A DNA stretch of 64,000 nt from an uncultured Candidatus Rokubacteria bacterium. GTDB taxonomy: Bacteria; Methylomirabilota; Methylomirabilia; Rokubacteriales; CSP1-6. Below, piece after piece: positions 40,421 to 49,970 of this stretch. The first letter of the stretch is position 1. Each line of letters starts with the position of its first letter. Below the pieces are notes generated by a model. It made no database searches. It was not told the DNA's origin and saw only the letters and a list, made by a program, of their open reading frames with translations. Location: positions 320,001 through 384,000 of the forward strand of contig CAVWWD010000007.1 in NCBI GenBank assembly GCA_963758635.1, read 5' to 3'. Made by a program: the position numbers and the translations under genes.

Positions 40421-41977
40421 ATGCGTTCTTTCCACCTGCGGCTCGCTCTGATCGCCGTTTTCGGCCTGCTCATCGGGTCGGTCGCGCTCGCGGACGCGCA
40501 GCCGAAGGGCACCGTGGTGGTGGCCCAGGGCGTCGATCCCACCACGCTGGACCCGCAGAACCACCAGGAGACCCCGGCGGCGAACCTCGCCATCAACATG
40601 TTCGACACGCTGCTCGAGCGCGACGCCGACCTCAAGATCGTGCCCGGCCTCGCCGAGTCGTTCAAGAACGTGGCGCCCACGGTCTGGGAGTTCAAGCTCC
40701 GCAAGGGCGTCAAGTTCCACAACGGCGAGGCGTTCGACGCCGAGGCGGTGAAGTTCACCGTGGAGCGCATCGCCGACGCCAAGCTGAAGCTCCGCGGCGC
40801 CACGCCGTGGGCGCCGCTCAGCCACGCGGAGGTGGTGGACCCGTACACCGTGCGCATCCACACCAAGGCGCCGTGGCCGATCCTGGACACGAACGTCACC
40901 ACGCTGCCGATCCTGGCGCCCAAGTACTACCGCGAGAAGGACTTGGCCCACGTGGCCCGGAACCCCGTGGGGACCGGGCCGTTCAAGTTCGTGCGGTGGG
41001 TGAAGGACGACCGCATCGAGCTCCAGGCCAACGAGCAGTACTGGCGCGGCGCGCCCAGGGTGAAGTCGCTCGTCTTCCGGCCCATCCCCGACGACGCCGT
41101 GCGCGTGGCCGCGCTCCAGAACGGCGAGATCGACGTGGCGGTCAACATCCCGCCGCACCTGGCGAACATCATCGCCAACCACCCGCGGCTCTACCTGACG
41201 ACCGCGCCGAGCGTGCGGACGATCCAGCTCATGTACTACACGCACCAGTTCGACGCCCAGCACAAGCTGGTGGGCGCCTACCAGGGCCCGGTGGCGGACA
41301 AGCGCGTGCGCCTCGCCATGAACCACGCCGTCGACGTGGACGCGATCATCAAGGAAGTGCTGGACGGCAAGGGCTTCCGCGTGGCCACGATGCTCACGGC
41401 CAACCACTTCGGGTTCGACCCGCAGCTCAAGCCCATCAAGCAGGACCTGGGGAAGGCCAAGCAGCTCCTCACCGAGGCTGGGTTCCCGGGCGGCGTCGAC
41501 ATGGTCCTGAACGCGCCCCAGGGCCGCTACGTCCGCGACAAGGAGGTGGCGGAGGCCGTGGCGGGGCAGCTCACCAAGGCGGGCATCCGCACCACGATGC
41601 GTTCGCACGAGTGGGGCAACTACCTCAACAACATGGCCTACGTGCACAAGGCGGGGCCGGTGTGGCTGATCGGCTGGGGCACGACGACGTACGACGCCGA
41701 GACCGTCTACGTTCCCCTGTTCCGCTCCGGGAAGATCCTCGGCAACTACCACAACGCCGACTTCGACGGCATGGCCGACGAGGCGCAGAAGATCATGGAC
41801 CCGCGCAAGCGCCTCGAGCTCTACCACAAGATGAACAAGCTCTGGATCGACGACGCGGCCGCGATGCCGCTCTACCAGCAGATGGACCTCTACGGCGCCA
41901 CCAAGCGCATCACCTGGAAGGCGCGCGGCGACGAGCGCATCAAGGGCTTCGACATGGCGGCGAAGGAGGGGAAGTAG
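40421..41977 (+). CDS. Family 5 (peptide/nickel) ABC substrate-binding protein
   Basis: 'DPTTLDP', 'LRKGVKFHNG', 'PVGTGPFKF', 'DKRVRLAMNHAVD'; signal peptide. Confidence 0.92.
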   Translation: MRSFHLRLALIAVFGLLIGSVALADAQPKGTVVVAQGVDPTTLDPQNHQETPAANLAINMFDTLLERDADLKIVPGLAESFKNVAPTVWEFKLRKGVKFHNGEAFDAEAVKFTVERIADAKLKLRGATPWAPLSHAEVVDPYTVRIHTKAPWPILDTNVTTLPILAPKYYREKDLAHVARNPVGTGPFKFVRWVKDDRIELQANEQYWRGAPRVKSLVFRPIPDDAVRVAALQNGEIDVAVNIPPHLANIIANHPRLYLTTAPSVRTIQLMYYTHQFDAQHKLVGAYQGPVADKRVRLAMNHAVDVDAIIKEVLDGKGFRVATMLTANHFGFDPQLKPIKQDLGKAKQLLTEAGFPGGVDMVLNAPQGRYVRDKEVAEAVAGQLTKAGIRTTMRSHEWGNYLNNMAYVHKAGPVWLIGWGTTTYDAETVYVPLFRSGKILGNYHNADFDGMADEAQKIMDPRKRLELYHKMNKLWIDDAAAMPLYQQMDLYGATKRITWKARGDERIKGFDMAAKEGK

Positions 41978-41992
41978 CCCGGCGCCGACGCG

Positions 41993-42232
41993 TCAGGCCT
42001 TCGGGCGGGGGAGCGAGGGCGGCGCCTTCCGGCGCTGGCGCAGGAAGCCGATCACGGAGAGGCCGATCAGGCCGGCGCCCAGGAGGATGAGGGTGCCGGG
42101 CTCAGCCACCGGCACCACGGCTTCCGTGGCACGGGCACCCACGCCACGGAATGGGGCCGGCAGGTCGAGCGCAGAGAGCGCCACCAGTCCGACCACGAGG
42201 CCCCCGATCCCCAGCGCCTTGTCCATCTCCAT
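41993..42232 (-). CDS. Minimal PEP-CTERM-like protein (signal peptide + short linker + sorting signal)
   Basis: 'MEMDKALGIGGLVVGLVALSA...PVAEPGTLILLGAGLIGLSVIGFLRQRRK'; GGAGG RBS. Confidence 0.65.
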   Translation of the reverse strand: MEMDKALGIGGLVVGLVALSALDLPAPFRGVGARATEAVVPVAEPGTLILLGAGLIGLSVIGFLRQRRKAPPSLPRPKA

Positions 42233-42269
42233 CGTCCTCCCGTGACAGAATCGAACCAGCTTCCTGGGG

Positions 42270-42285
42270 TGCAAGAGCTGCACCA
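42270..42285 (-). promoter_or_regulatory. Sigma-54 (-24/-12) promoter candidate
   Basis: Minus strand TGGTGCAGCTCTTGCA = GG-N10-GC with TTGC. Confidence 0.65.
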
Positions 42286-42513
42286 TTTGACCACAGGCGG
42301 GCGGACCTCGCGGTCGTACCGACGGACGCTCAATCGGATCACGTGTTTGGGCCCGGATCCGGCCCCGACTACCCCGATCGGATCCAAACGACCCGTTGCC
42401 AGTTGTGTAAGCACGGCCGACACTCGCGCACAGCGTGCACACCCGGCGTGTCACCCTGACATCCTGGACGTGACGCCCCGGGAGTGGCCGCACACTTCGT
42501 TCAGGAGGTCTCG

Positions 42514-42956
42514 ATGAAGCACGCGTGCTCGTTGCTGCTCGCGGCCCTCATGCTCGCCGCGCCGCTGGCCGCGGCGACGGCTCCCGCGGGCAAGGTCGTC
42601 ATCGCCCAGGGCGTGGATCCGTCGACGCTCGACACCCAGAACCAGCAGGAGGCTGGGGCACGCCGACCATCGACGCCGAGACCATCTACGGCCCGCTCTT
42701 CCGGACGGGCAGCAACCTGGGCAATTACCACAACCCCGACCTCGACGGCATGGTGGACCAGGCCCAGTCGATGATGGACGAGAAGAAGCGCCTGGAGATC
42801 TACCACCGCATCAACAAGCTCTGGGTCGAGGACGTGCCCGCCGTGCCGCTCTACCAGCAGGTGGACCTCTACGGGGCGAACCGCCGCCTGGCGTGGAAGG
42901 CGCGCAGCGACGAGGTGATCAAGGCCTACGACATGAGCCTGAAGGACGGCAAGTAA
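42514..42956 (+). pseudogene. Internally deleted paralog of the 40421-41977 substrate-binding protein
   Basis: 'VVIAQGVDPSTLDTQNQQE' joined out of frame near 42650 to 'GWGT..DAET.Y.PLFR...PLYQQVDLYGA...GK'. Confidence 0.85.
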
Positions 42957-43010
42957 CCGGGGCCGCTTCGACGCTGCGGTCAGCCCCTACGCGCGATTCC
43001 TCCTCGCGCC

Positions 43011-44100
43011 TCAGCGCGCGGCGTATCCGTTCCCGGCGTCGGGGCCTATCCACTTGCGGTGGTTCAAGTCGTAGCGAAAGCCGACCGCCGTGAACGGTAG
43101 CCGCAAGTTGTCGAAGACGGCGTGCAGAGTGTAGCCCCACCACGTGTTCCGTCCCACTCCGAGATCGTCCAGGATCACCTTCAAGTTGAGACCGATCTCG
43201 ATTCCGACTTGGCGCTCTTGCAACCCGGGAAGCCCGTGCGGATAGCCCTTCGTCCCGTAGGTGAGCGACACGAGCAGGTAGCGGAGCGGGCCGAGGTTGA
43301 TGCCGAGCCGGCGGCCCACTCCCGCGACGTGGAGATCCGCCGTGTAGATCTCGGTCGAGTAGTCTCGCCCGGGGGCTTCGACCGCGCAGCAGACATCGTG
43401 CTTGGGGGGTGGAAGGACAAATCCGTGCCGGAATCCCACGAGATCGTCGAGCTCCAGCGCCGAGATCAGCGCGGCCGCGCCGACCCCCAGGAACGTCCAT
43501 GACGAGGTCTTCCCAGGAAAATCCGTAGACGTTTTGACCGTCACCGATCTCGAACACGAGGCCGGTGAGCGTGGCCAGGCCGGCGCCCATCAAGATCGAA
43601 TCGCGCCGGGAGAATCCCATCACGCCGTAAAGGTTGGCGAGCTCCTTGGTGATGATCGCGTAGTCGACGAAGTGAGAGGCCTTGTCGGCCCCACCCACGT
43701 ACGTGTCGCGGCCGAAGAAGCCCTCGTTCGTCCAGTGATAGCTCACTTGGGGGGTTTCGAGGAATGTGCTCATCGACCCGCCCGCGATGACGCCGGCCGC
43801 GACGAGGGAGGCCCAGAGCCACTGCTTCTTTTCGTACCCCGCCCACGTCGTCCCGGTCGACGACTCATCGTCCGGTATCGGCTCGGACCCGTCCGCGCCA
43901 TCGAGACGGAACTCGGAGCACGTGGCCGGTGCGTCCTCGCTCAGGAGACGCAGGGGCTGGCAGCGAGATCGAACGGAGCTTTCCGCGCCCGACACGATCG
44001 ACCACCCGTCGGTGGTGAAAGCGTTGGCGGACTCCTGCGCGGCGAGCGCGCGCGGGAGGAGCAGGAGCAAGATGCCGAGGACGAGAGCCCTTCGGTCCAG
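43011..44100 (-). CDS. DUF2279/YfiM-like outer-membrane/secreted protein (apparent frameshift near 43495; start uncertain)
   Basis: 'GGADKASHF', 'FEIGDG...GFSWEDL', then shifted frame 'DYSTEIY...YGTKGY...RLPFTAV'. Confidence 0.65.
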
Positions 44101-44484
44101 GGATCTATCCCCGATTTCCGCTCAGCCCGGTCTGTGTCGTCAGCGTGCTGGTCATGCCGGCGCCCTGGCCCCGGCTCTCTGACTCGACAGCCGAGTTCTA
44201 CCCCCGAGAAGGCGGTGCCCGCCCGAGTGAGCGGCATGCTATGCGAAACACAGCGCCACCGTCAACCGGCCTGGCGGGCCGAGCTGGATCCGCGCTGACG
44301 ACGCCTCGTGATGCCCGCCCGCTCGCGAGCCGATCCAATGAGGGCGCGGCGGCGCCGGGCTCGGGAGGAGCGGGGCCGGGGCTCGGCCCTGGCCTCGCGG
44401 AGGTCGCCGGGGCTCACGATGTGGCAGCGATCGAGCAGCGATCGAACACGCTGCGAACGGCGGGCACGACAGGCTCGGACGCGA

Positions 44485-44513
44485 TTGACATGGAGAGCGT
44501 GAAGTCTTACGAT
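44485..44513 (+). promoter_or_regulatory. Sigma-70 promoter of tRNA-Gly
   Basis: TTGACA-N17-TACGAT, 10 bp before the tRNA. Confidence 0.75.
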
Positions 44514-44523
44514 TCGCCTACAT

Positions 44524-44598
44524 GCGGCCGTAATTCAGTGGCAGAATGCCAGCTTCCCAAGCTGGACGTCGCCGGTTCGAATCCGGTCGGCCGCTCCA
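44524..44598 (+). tRNA. tRNA-Gly (CCC)
   Basis: Acceptor GCGGCCG/CGGCCGC, anticodon arm CCAGC-TTCCCAA-GCTGG, T loop TTCGAAT, encoded 3' TCCA. Confidence 0.97.
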
Positions 44599-44606
44599 AT
44601 CTAATC

Positions 44607-44639
44607 AAGGGGTTACGGGTGCAGGCCCCGTAGCCCCCT
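44607..44639 (+). terminator. Hairpin after the tRNA
   Basis: AAGGGGTTACGGG-tgcaggc-CCCGTAGCCCCTT. Confidence 0.55.
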
Positions 44640-44732
44640 TGGACTTTCTGACGCGGAGCCGTCCTGCCGGGTGAGGTTCGGGATGAACATGGCGTAGTGC
44701 CGGATCACCATCTCGTCGGTCGTGTGGCCCTA
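44613..44732 (-). pseudogene. C-terminal remnant of a tyrosine recombinase/phage integrase
   Basis: '*GHTTDEMVIRHYAMFIPNLTRQDGSA' carries the box II GH...Y catalytic region; upstream part lost. Confidence 0.7.
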
Positions 44733-44934
44733 CCGACTTCGTCGCGGCCAAGGCGCTTCTCAAGGCGTTGCGGTAGTCTGCGTTCCCCGGACTGTTTCCG
44801 AAGACGGCTCCATCCAAAGTTCGTCGGTGCAAGTCCGACTTCCGCGACCAGACGAAGGTCGCGGAATCGGGCGCCTTCGTGTTCTCGGGCGGACTGTGGA
44901 TGCCCCGGGCAGATCTCGGGCACCGGGCTCGCCC

Positions 44935-45215
44935 TCAGAACTCGTGCAAGTGCACGCGCGGCGTCGTCCCCGCGTACTCCGTGCGGACGACCCCGCGCTT
45001 CTGGAGCGGCGGGACGACCTGCTCCACGAACGGGCCGACGTAGCCCGGCCAGATGCCCTGGCGGATCGCGAAGCCGTCGCCGCCGACGGCGCCGATCGTC
45101 TCCGCCAGCTCATCGGCGACGCGCTCCGGCGTTCCGATGTACGGCTTCGAGTCGATGCTGACCTTGAGCGTGGCGATGTCTCGCAGCGTCGGTGTCCACA
45201 CCTTGCCGCGCGGCC
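44935..45215 (-). pseudogene. C-terminal fragment of an NtaA/DmoA-like flavin monooxygenase
   Basis: 'IGTPERVADEL...DGF...FVEQVVPPLQKRGVVRTEYAGTT'. Confidence 0.7.
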
Positions 45216-45393
45216 CACCCCATCCGCCGCTGTCCGCGAACCGCTTGCTGTCCTTCACCATGAAGTCCACGTCGTGCAGGGTGCCCGGCGCCATCGTATT
45301 GGCGAAGGGCTCGTGCTTCTTCGGGGTCCAGTGAATCTTGGCCATCTTGGCGCCGTCGGGGAACGGCTTGCCGTTGCCGGGAATGCCGGCCTG
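45216..45393 (-). pseudogene. Internal fragment of a cytochrome P460 family protein
   Basis: 'AGIPGNGKPFPDGAKMAKIHW...DFMVKDSKRFADSGGWG'; no CxxCH heme motif retained. Confidence 0.7.
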
Positions 45394-45670
45394 GGGGCCG
45401 GAAGGTTGAACTCTGCGGCGAAGGCGGGGATGTCGATGACCTTTCCGTAGCCGTGGGAGGGAAACGCGGTGCCCACGAAGACGCGCAGCAGTGCTGGTCC
45501 TCAGTCTCCCGGTCGCCTTCGAGCAGCGACAACTCGTTCTCAATCTCACGGCCGGTGTCGTTTTATTCACCCTCCTGGTCATGGGTACAACGGTCGGTCG
45601 TCTCGTTCGCACCCTGGAAGTGCGATGATCAGTCACACGGGGCCGCGGGCGTCGATCTCCGGGCCCGCAG

Positions 45671-47512
45671 TCAGTTCATGCCTACGTGCAGCCGGAGGAT
45701 GCGGCGCACCTCCTCGATCGTCCGGGGATGGCCCTGGGTGGAGTGGCTCGACGGACGCACGACGAGCTCGGACTCGACCCCCTCGATGTGGGCGCTCGAG
45801 TACGCCACGACGCCGTCGTCGAGCTTCTCGACCGGCCCCTCCCCCTCGACCGCGATGATCGAGTGAGCCCTGATGGAGGGCGCCACGGGGACGCTCTGCA
45901 AGCCCTGGATGAAGTTGTTGCGTGGCGACATGTTGTCGACGGCCGACGGAACTATCGCGGGTCCCCTCACGGCATCCGCATTCCGGATGAGCTCCGCCCG
46001 AATCCCGGTGAGGGCGGTCGGCAGCGTCACGAGCCACCGGATGACGTTGGTGATGACCTCGCGTGCCGCGATGAAGCTCCCCCGGTGCGGGGTGCAGATG
46101 AACACCACGCGGGAGACCCCGGGGAGGGGCTCGACGAAAAGCCCCCGCTGCAGGAGATCGCGGGACGCGTCGGACAGCTGGAGGTCGGCGAGCGGCTTGC
46201 GCGCGACGGCGTTCCAGATCCGATCGCCGCTGCTGATGGCCTGCATCTTGACCAGGAGGCCGCCCTGGCTGTGCCCGATCAGCACCATCCGGCGGAGGGC
46301 CGGGTCCTTGCCCTCGGGGTCGAGCTGCGCCAGCGCTCCGGTCAGCGCCTCGCGCAGCCGCAGCGCGGACAGCGCGACGGGGGCGCCGGAATCGTACTGG
46401 AAGAACCAGAACTGGTAGCGGCTCCGGATCTCGGGGTCGGCCAGGAGACGGTTGAACATCTCGGCCCAACGGACCACGCTCGACTGCGTGCCGTGCACGA
46501 AGACCACCGGGATGAGCCCGGGCTTGTACGGGGTCGTGGAGACTAGCGGCGGCCGCTCATAACCGGCGAGCCGGCCCAGGAACCCGAACGTCTCGAGCCG
46601 GAAGATCGGTATGCCGGTGAAGGTGTGGGCCAGCGCTGCCGTCGGCTCGCTCTCGAGCGGCACGCGCTCGCCGGCGATCGAGACCGACTCCGCGTCCCAG
46701 GCCAGGTGGAGCTCGAGCGCGGCCGTGAGCGGCCGTCCCTGCACGAGGGCCTGGCGAGCCTCGGGGATGCGGAGAAGGGCGGTCGCCGAGACCTTCAACC
46801 GCGGCGCCACGAGGTCGCCCGGCCTCGAGGCATCGATGAGCCGGGTCGACGCGGCGAGCGGGGTCCCGAGGCCGGACCAGCGGTATCGCATCGCCATGCC
46901 TTCCACTTTCAGCTCCGCGATGGGAATGAACCCATACAGCTCCCGGTTTCCAGCCCGCAGCGAGGATCGGTCGAAGGTCACCTCCAGCGGCCCGAACGGC
47001 AGCGTGAACGCGCCCCCGCGCGGGACGAATTCGGCACCGTCCTCCGACGCAAGGCCTCCCGCGAGCGCCCAGTTGTACAGGTCCGCGGCGAGCCGAAGGC
47101 GCGGGTCGAAGCGCCCCGGTTCTTTGCCTGTCCCTTCGGGGAACAGGAACGCGTAGGCGTACACCACTGCGGCGAGCTTGTACTCGGGTTTGGCCGCGGC
47201 CTGCCCGTGGAGGAAGGCCAGCTCGGCGAGGGCGAGGAGCAGGTCGGGATCCCCGCCCGTCCGCCGCATGGACCCGTGAAGCTCGGCCAGGGCTTCCTCC
47301 GGGCGCGCCCCGAAGGCTGCGAAAAGTCCCTGCTCGTAAAGTACGTTGCGCGTCTCCCAGCTCGGCTCACCCGTCGTGACGGCGCTCCGGGTGAGGTCGG
47401 CCTGGACGACCTTCGGATCGACGCGCGTGGCGCTCACCGGGCCCCCGCAGGCGGCCAGGGCCATGCCGAAGGCGGCGAGAACGACGATGCGCAGGTGTCG
47501 TGTCGTCTTCAT
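45671..47512 (-). CDS. Alpha/beta-hydrolase (lipase-like) lipoprotein
   Basis: Lipobox 'LAAC', 'PVVFVHG', nucleophile 'GHSQGG', 'TPHRGS', 'DGVV.YSSAH'. Confidence 0.85.
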   Translation of the reverse strand: MKTTRHLRIVVLAAFGMALAACGGPVSATRVDPKVVQADLTRSAVTTGEPSWETRNVLYEQGLFAAFGARPEEALAELHGSMRRTGGDPDLLLALAELAFLHGQAAAKPEYKLAAVVYAYAFLFPEGTGKEPGRFDPRLRLAADLYNWALAGGLASEDGAEFVPRGGAFTLPFGPLEVTFDRSSLRAGNRELYGFIPIAELKVEGMAMRYRWSGLGTPLAASTRLIDASRPGDLVAPRLKVSATALLRIPEARQALVQGRPLTAALELHLAWDAESVSIAGERVPLESEPTAALAHTFTGIPIFRLETFGFLGRLAGYERPPLVSTTPYKPGLIPVVFVHGTQSSVVRWAEMFNRLLADPEIRSRYQFWFFQYDSGAPVALSALRLREALTGALAQLDPEGKDPALRRMVLIGHSQGGLLVKMQAISSGDRIWNAVARKPLADLQLSDASRDLLQRGLFVEPLPGVSRVVFICTPHRGSFIAAREVITNVIRWLVTLPTALTGIRAELIRNADAVRGPAIVPSAVDNMSPRNNFIQGLQSVPVAPSIRAHSIIAVEGEGPVEKLDDGVVAYSSAHIEGVESELVVRPSSHSTQGHPRTIEEVRRILRLHVGMN

Positions 47513-47552
47513 TGGGCGGCCCTCGTGAGCTCGCGGGTCACCGCGCCAACCA

Positions 47553-48959
47553 TCAGAACCGCACCTGGAGGCGCAGGCCCGCCACCACGGCGGTGCCCGT
47601 GTCCTCGAGTCGTCCCGACGAGCTCAGGTTCTTTGTCAGCGTGGGCTCGACGATCTGCAAGTCCGCGGTCACGTTCAGCCATGGCGTGATCGACGCGCTG
47701 TAGTACATCTCGATCGCGTCCTCACGCTCGAGGCCGAGCCGGAGCTGCTGCCGCAGGAGCACCAGGAAGGTGCCGCTGAATTCCGTGCGGGCCCAGCCGA
47801 TGCCGAAGGTGTCCCGCGGGCGGCCCGGGATCGCGCCCTTGCCGCCGATCCCCATGCTGTAGCTGTACTTGACCGGGTTGACCTCGCCGTCAGACGCGCC
47901 GAAATTGAAGAAGATCCCGATGCCCCGCGTGCGATCGCCCCCGGGGTGCCAGAAGTACTGGTCGAAGCCGTAGAACATCGCCCACGTGCTGTCCTTCCGG
48001 TTGGCGGGCTGGACCGGCACGAGCAGCTCCGGAAAGAACCGCTCGAGGATCCGCCGGAGCACCGGGCCGGGATCGCCGAGCCGCGGGAAGCGCTCGGTCA
48101 GCAGGAAGCGCCCGAGGTTGGTCGGGTCCTGGGTGAGGGAGAGGCGCTCCTTGTTGCTCCACATGGCCCCCGCCCGCTGAGTGCCCCGGAGGCCGAAGGG
48201 AGTGATGGCCACCTGGGCCGAGGCCACGACCATCACGCCATCGTCGAACGCGTCGGTCACGTCGTTGTTCATGACCGTCCCGCTCGGATCGAGCACGAGC
48301 GCCGACAGGATGACCCCCTCCCACGGCAAGACGACGAGGCCGCCTCCGTACGCCGAGATCGGCACGAGGACGAAGCTCATCGGCAGGCCCAGCCCCGTGT
48401 TCAGGAACTGGGTGCGATAGTTGCCGGCGAACTCGCCGGCGCCGGCGTCGAGAGTGAAGATCTTGCCGGCGACCAGGCCGAACTTCGGACTGAGGAACTG
48501 GGTGAAAGTCGCGTGCATGAGGCCGGTGCTCGGCTGGTTGGGGTCGGGATAGAGCAGAAAGGTATTCACCGGCACCACCGCGCCGGAATCAGCGAACACG
48601 CTCTCGCCGAAGCTGCTGCTCGCAACTACCTTCAGGAACCCGCCCGGCCAGAGACCGAGCTTGCCAGTGTCGACGTTGAGCGTGTACTCGGCGTTGCCCC
48701 AGAACTCGGCGCCCGTGTCTCGGCCGCCGCTGAGGACGGCCTGCGGGGTCAGGATCAGGTCGACGTCGAGCACCACGCCCTTCTTGCCGAGCTCATCCCG
48801 CACTCCGCCCCAGCTGCCGGTGAGGCGCGGACGGGACCAGAAATCCCCGCCCCACGTATCGGGCACCGCAACCGGCTGGGCGGGCCCCGACGCCGGCGCA
48901 CCGAGCACTGCCAAGACGACCGCTGCGGCTACGAGCGCCAAGAGCATCGGCGATCTCAT
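47553..48959 (-). CDS. Carbohydrate porin (OprB family)
   Basis: 'LTGSWGGVRDEL..KGV', 'EMYYSASITPWLNVTADLQ', C-terminal Phe. Confidence 0.82.
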   Translation of the reverse strand: MRSPMLLALVAAAVVLAVLGAPASGPAQPVAVPDTWGGDFWSRPRLTGSWGGVRDELGKKGVVLDVDLILTPQAVLSGGRDTGAEFWGNAEYTLNVDTGKLGLWPGGFLKVVASSSFGESVFADSGAVVPVNTFLLYPDPNQPSTGLMHATFTQFLSPKFGLVAGKIFTLDAGAGEFAGNYRTQFLNTGLGLPMSFVLVPISAYGGGLVVLPWEGVILSALVLDPSGTVMNNDVTDAFDDGVMVVASAQVAITPFGLRGTQRAGAMWSNKERLSLTQDPTNLGRFLLTERFPRLGDPGPVLRRILERFFPELLVPVQPANRKDSTWAMFYGFDQYFWHPGGDRTRGIGIFFNFGASDGEVNPVKYSYSMGIGGKGAIPGRPRDTFGIGWARTEFSGTFLVLLRQQLRLGLEREDAIEMYYSASITPWLNVTADLQIVEPTLTKNLSSSGRLEDTGTAVVAGLRLQVRF

Positions 48960-49855
48960 GCGCCCTTCTGCCAAGTCTGCGTCCAGGCGATCCCGAGCGC
49001 CCAGAAATTGGTCCCGGTGCGGCTGTAGACGCCGGTGCTGCCGAAGACCTTGATCGAGTTGTACCGATTCATCGGTAGGGCGATGGTGAGGCCCAGGCGA
49101 ACGTTCTCCTCCTTGTCGCCCTTGTCGCCGTCCACGATCGGGCGTCCCCCGGCATAGTAGGTCGCATCGAGCGCCCCCCACAGCCCGGCCCTGAACTCGT
49201 AGACGAGGTGTGCCTGCAGCGAGTAGAGGGGCTCCTGCTCCAGCGTCTGGCCGCCGAGGAAGTCGTCGTTCGCGGTGAAAAAAGTCGCCGCCGCGGTCAT
49301 CTCGAGCGTGAAGCGGTCCAGGGCCTTGGACACTCCGACCTCCGGCCTGATGGACCAGCGATTCGTGCCGATGTTCAGGAGCTTGTCCGAGTCGTACTGG
49401 CCGAGGGGCGGGGACACCTCGAGGCCCACTCCCACGATGAGGTCCTGCTCATAGCCGCCGAACTCCGCGAGGGAGAGGGCCGGAGCCCCGTAGAGATTGA
49501 CCGAGAACCGGAACCTTGGATCGGCGAGGCCAGACACCTGACGCTCCCGTTCGTGGCCGGCGAGCTTGGCGCTCCCCGAAGCGCGGGCAAAGGGCACGAT
49601 CACTCCGAGCTTCCCCGACAGGCCCCAGACATCGAGCGCCCGCACGTAGGCGAGGAAGCCGGCGTGAGTCTGCACCTCGGCATCTGTCAATGGGGACGAC
49701 TGGCTGAAGGCGACGTTGCCGTCCGTGTAGCCGTAGCCCGCGATGACGAAATTCATCCCCACCGGGGTGTTCACGTAGGAGCGCGGCTCGAGCTCCTGCC
49801 CGTCCGCGCGCCGGGCAGAAATCGCGACGCTGGCCAGGACGAGCGCCATCGTCAT
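48956..49855 (-). CDS. Outer-membrane beta-barrel 'transporter' (phenol-degradation MetA-pathway/SphA-like)
   Basis: 'QELEPRSY.NTPVG.NF', 'PLGQYDSDKLLNIGTNRW'. Confidence 0.78.
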   Translation of the reverse strand: MTMALVLASVAISARRADGQELEPRSYVNTPVGMNFVIAGYGYTDGNVAFSQSSPLTDAEVQTHAGFLAYVRALDVWGLSGKLGVIVPFARASGSAKLAGHERERQVSGLADPRFRFSVNLYGAPALSLAEFGGYEQDLIVGVGLEVSPPLGQYDSDKLLNIGTNRWSIRPEVGVSKALDRFTLEMTAAATFFTANDDFLGGQTLEQEPLYSLQAHLVYEFRAGLWGALDATYYAGGRPIVDGDKGDKEENVRLGLTIALPMNRYNSIKVFGSTGVYSRTGTNFWALGIAWTQTWQKGA

Positions 49856-49970
49856 CCAGGACAACACCGGCGACGCCTTGACAGGGATCCGCGCGCGACC
49901 CCTCACTCCCGGCCGCGACCCCCTGGCGGACGGGCCTGGGCGAGTGCCGCCCCGGCCAACGGCAAACTGG

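Noticed and set aside
45216..45393. Evidence for hydroxylamine oxidation/nitrification
   Set aside because: Only a fragment lacking the signal peptide and heme-binding motif
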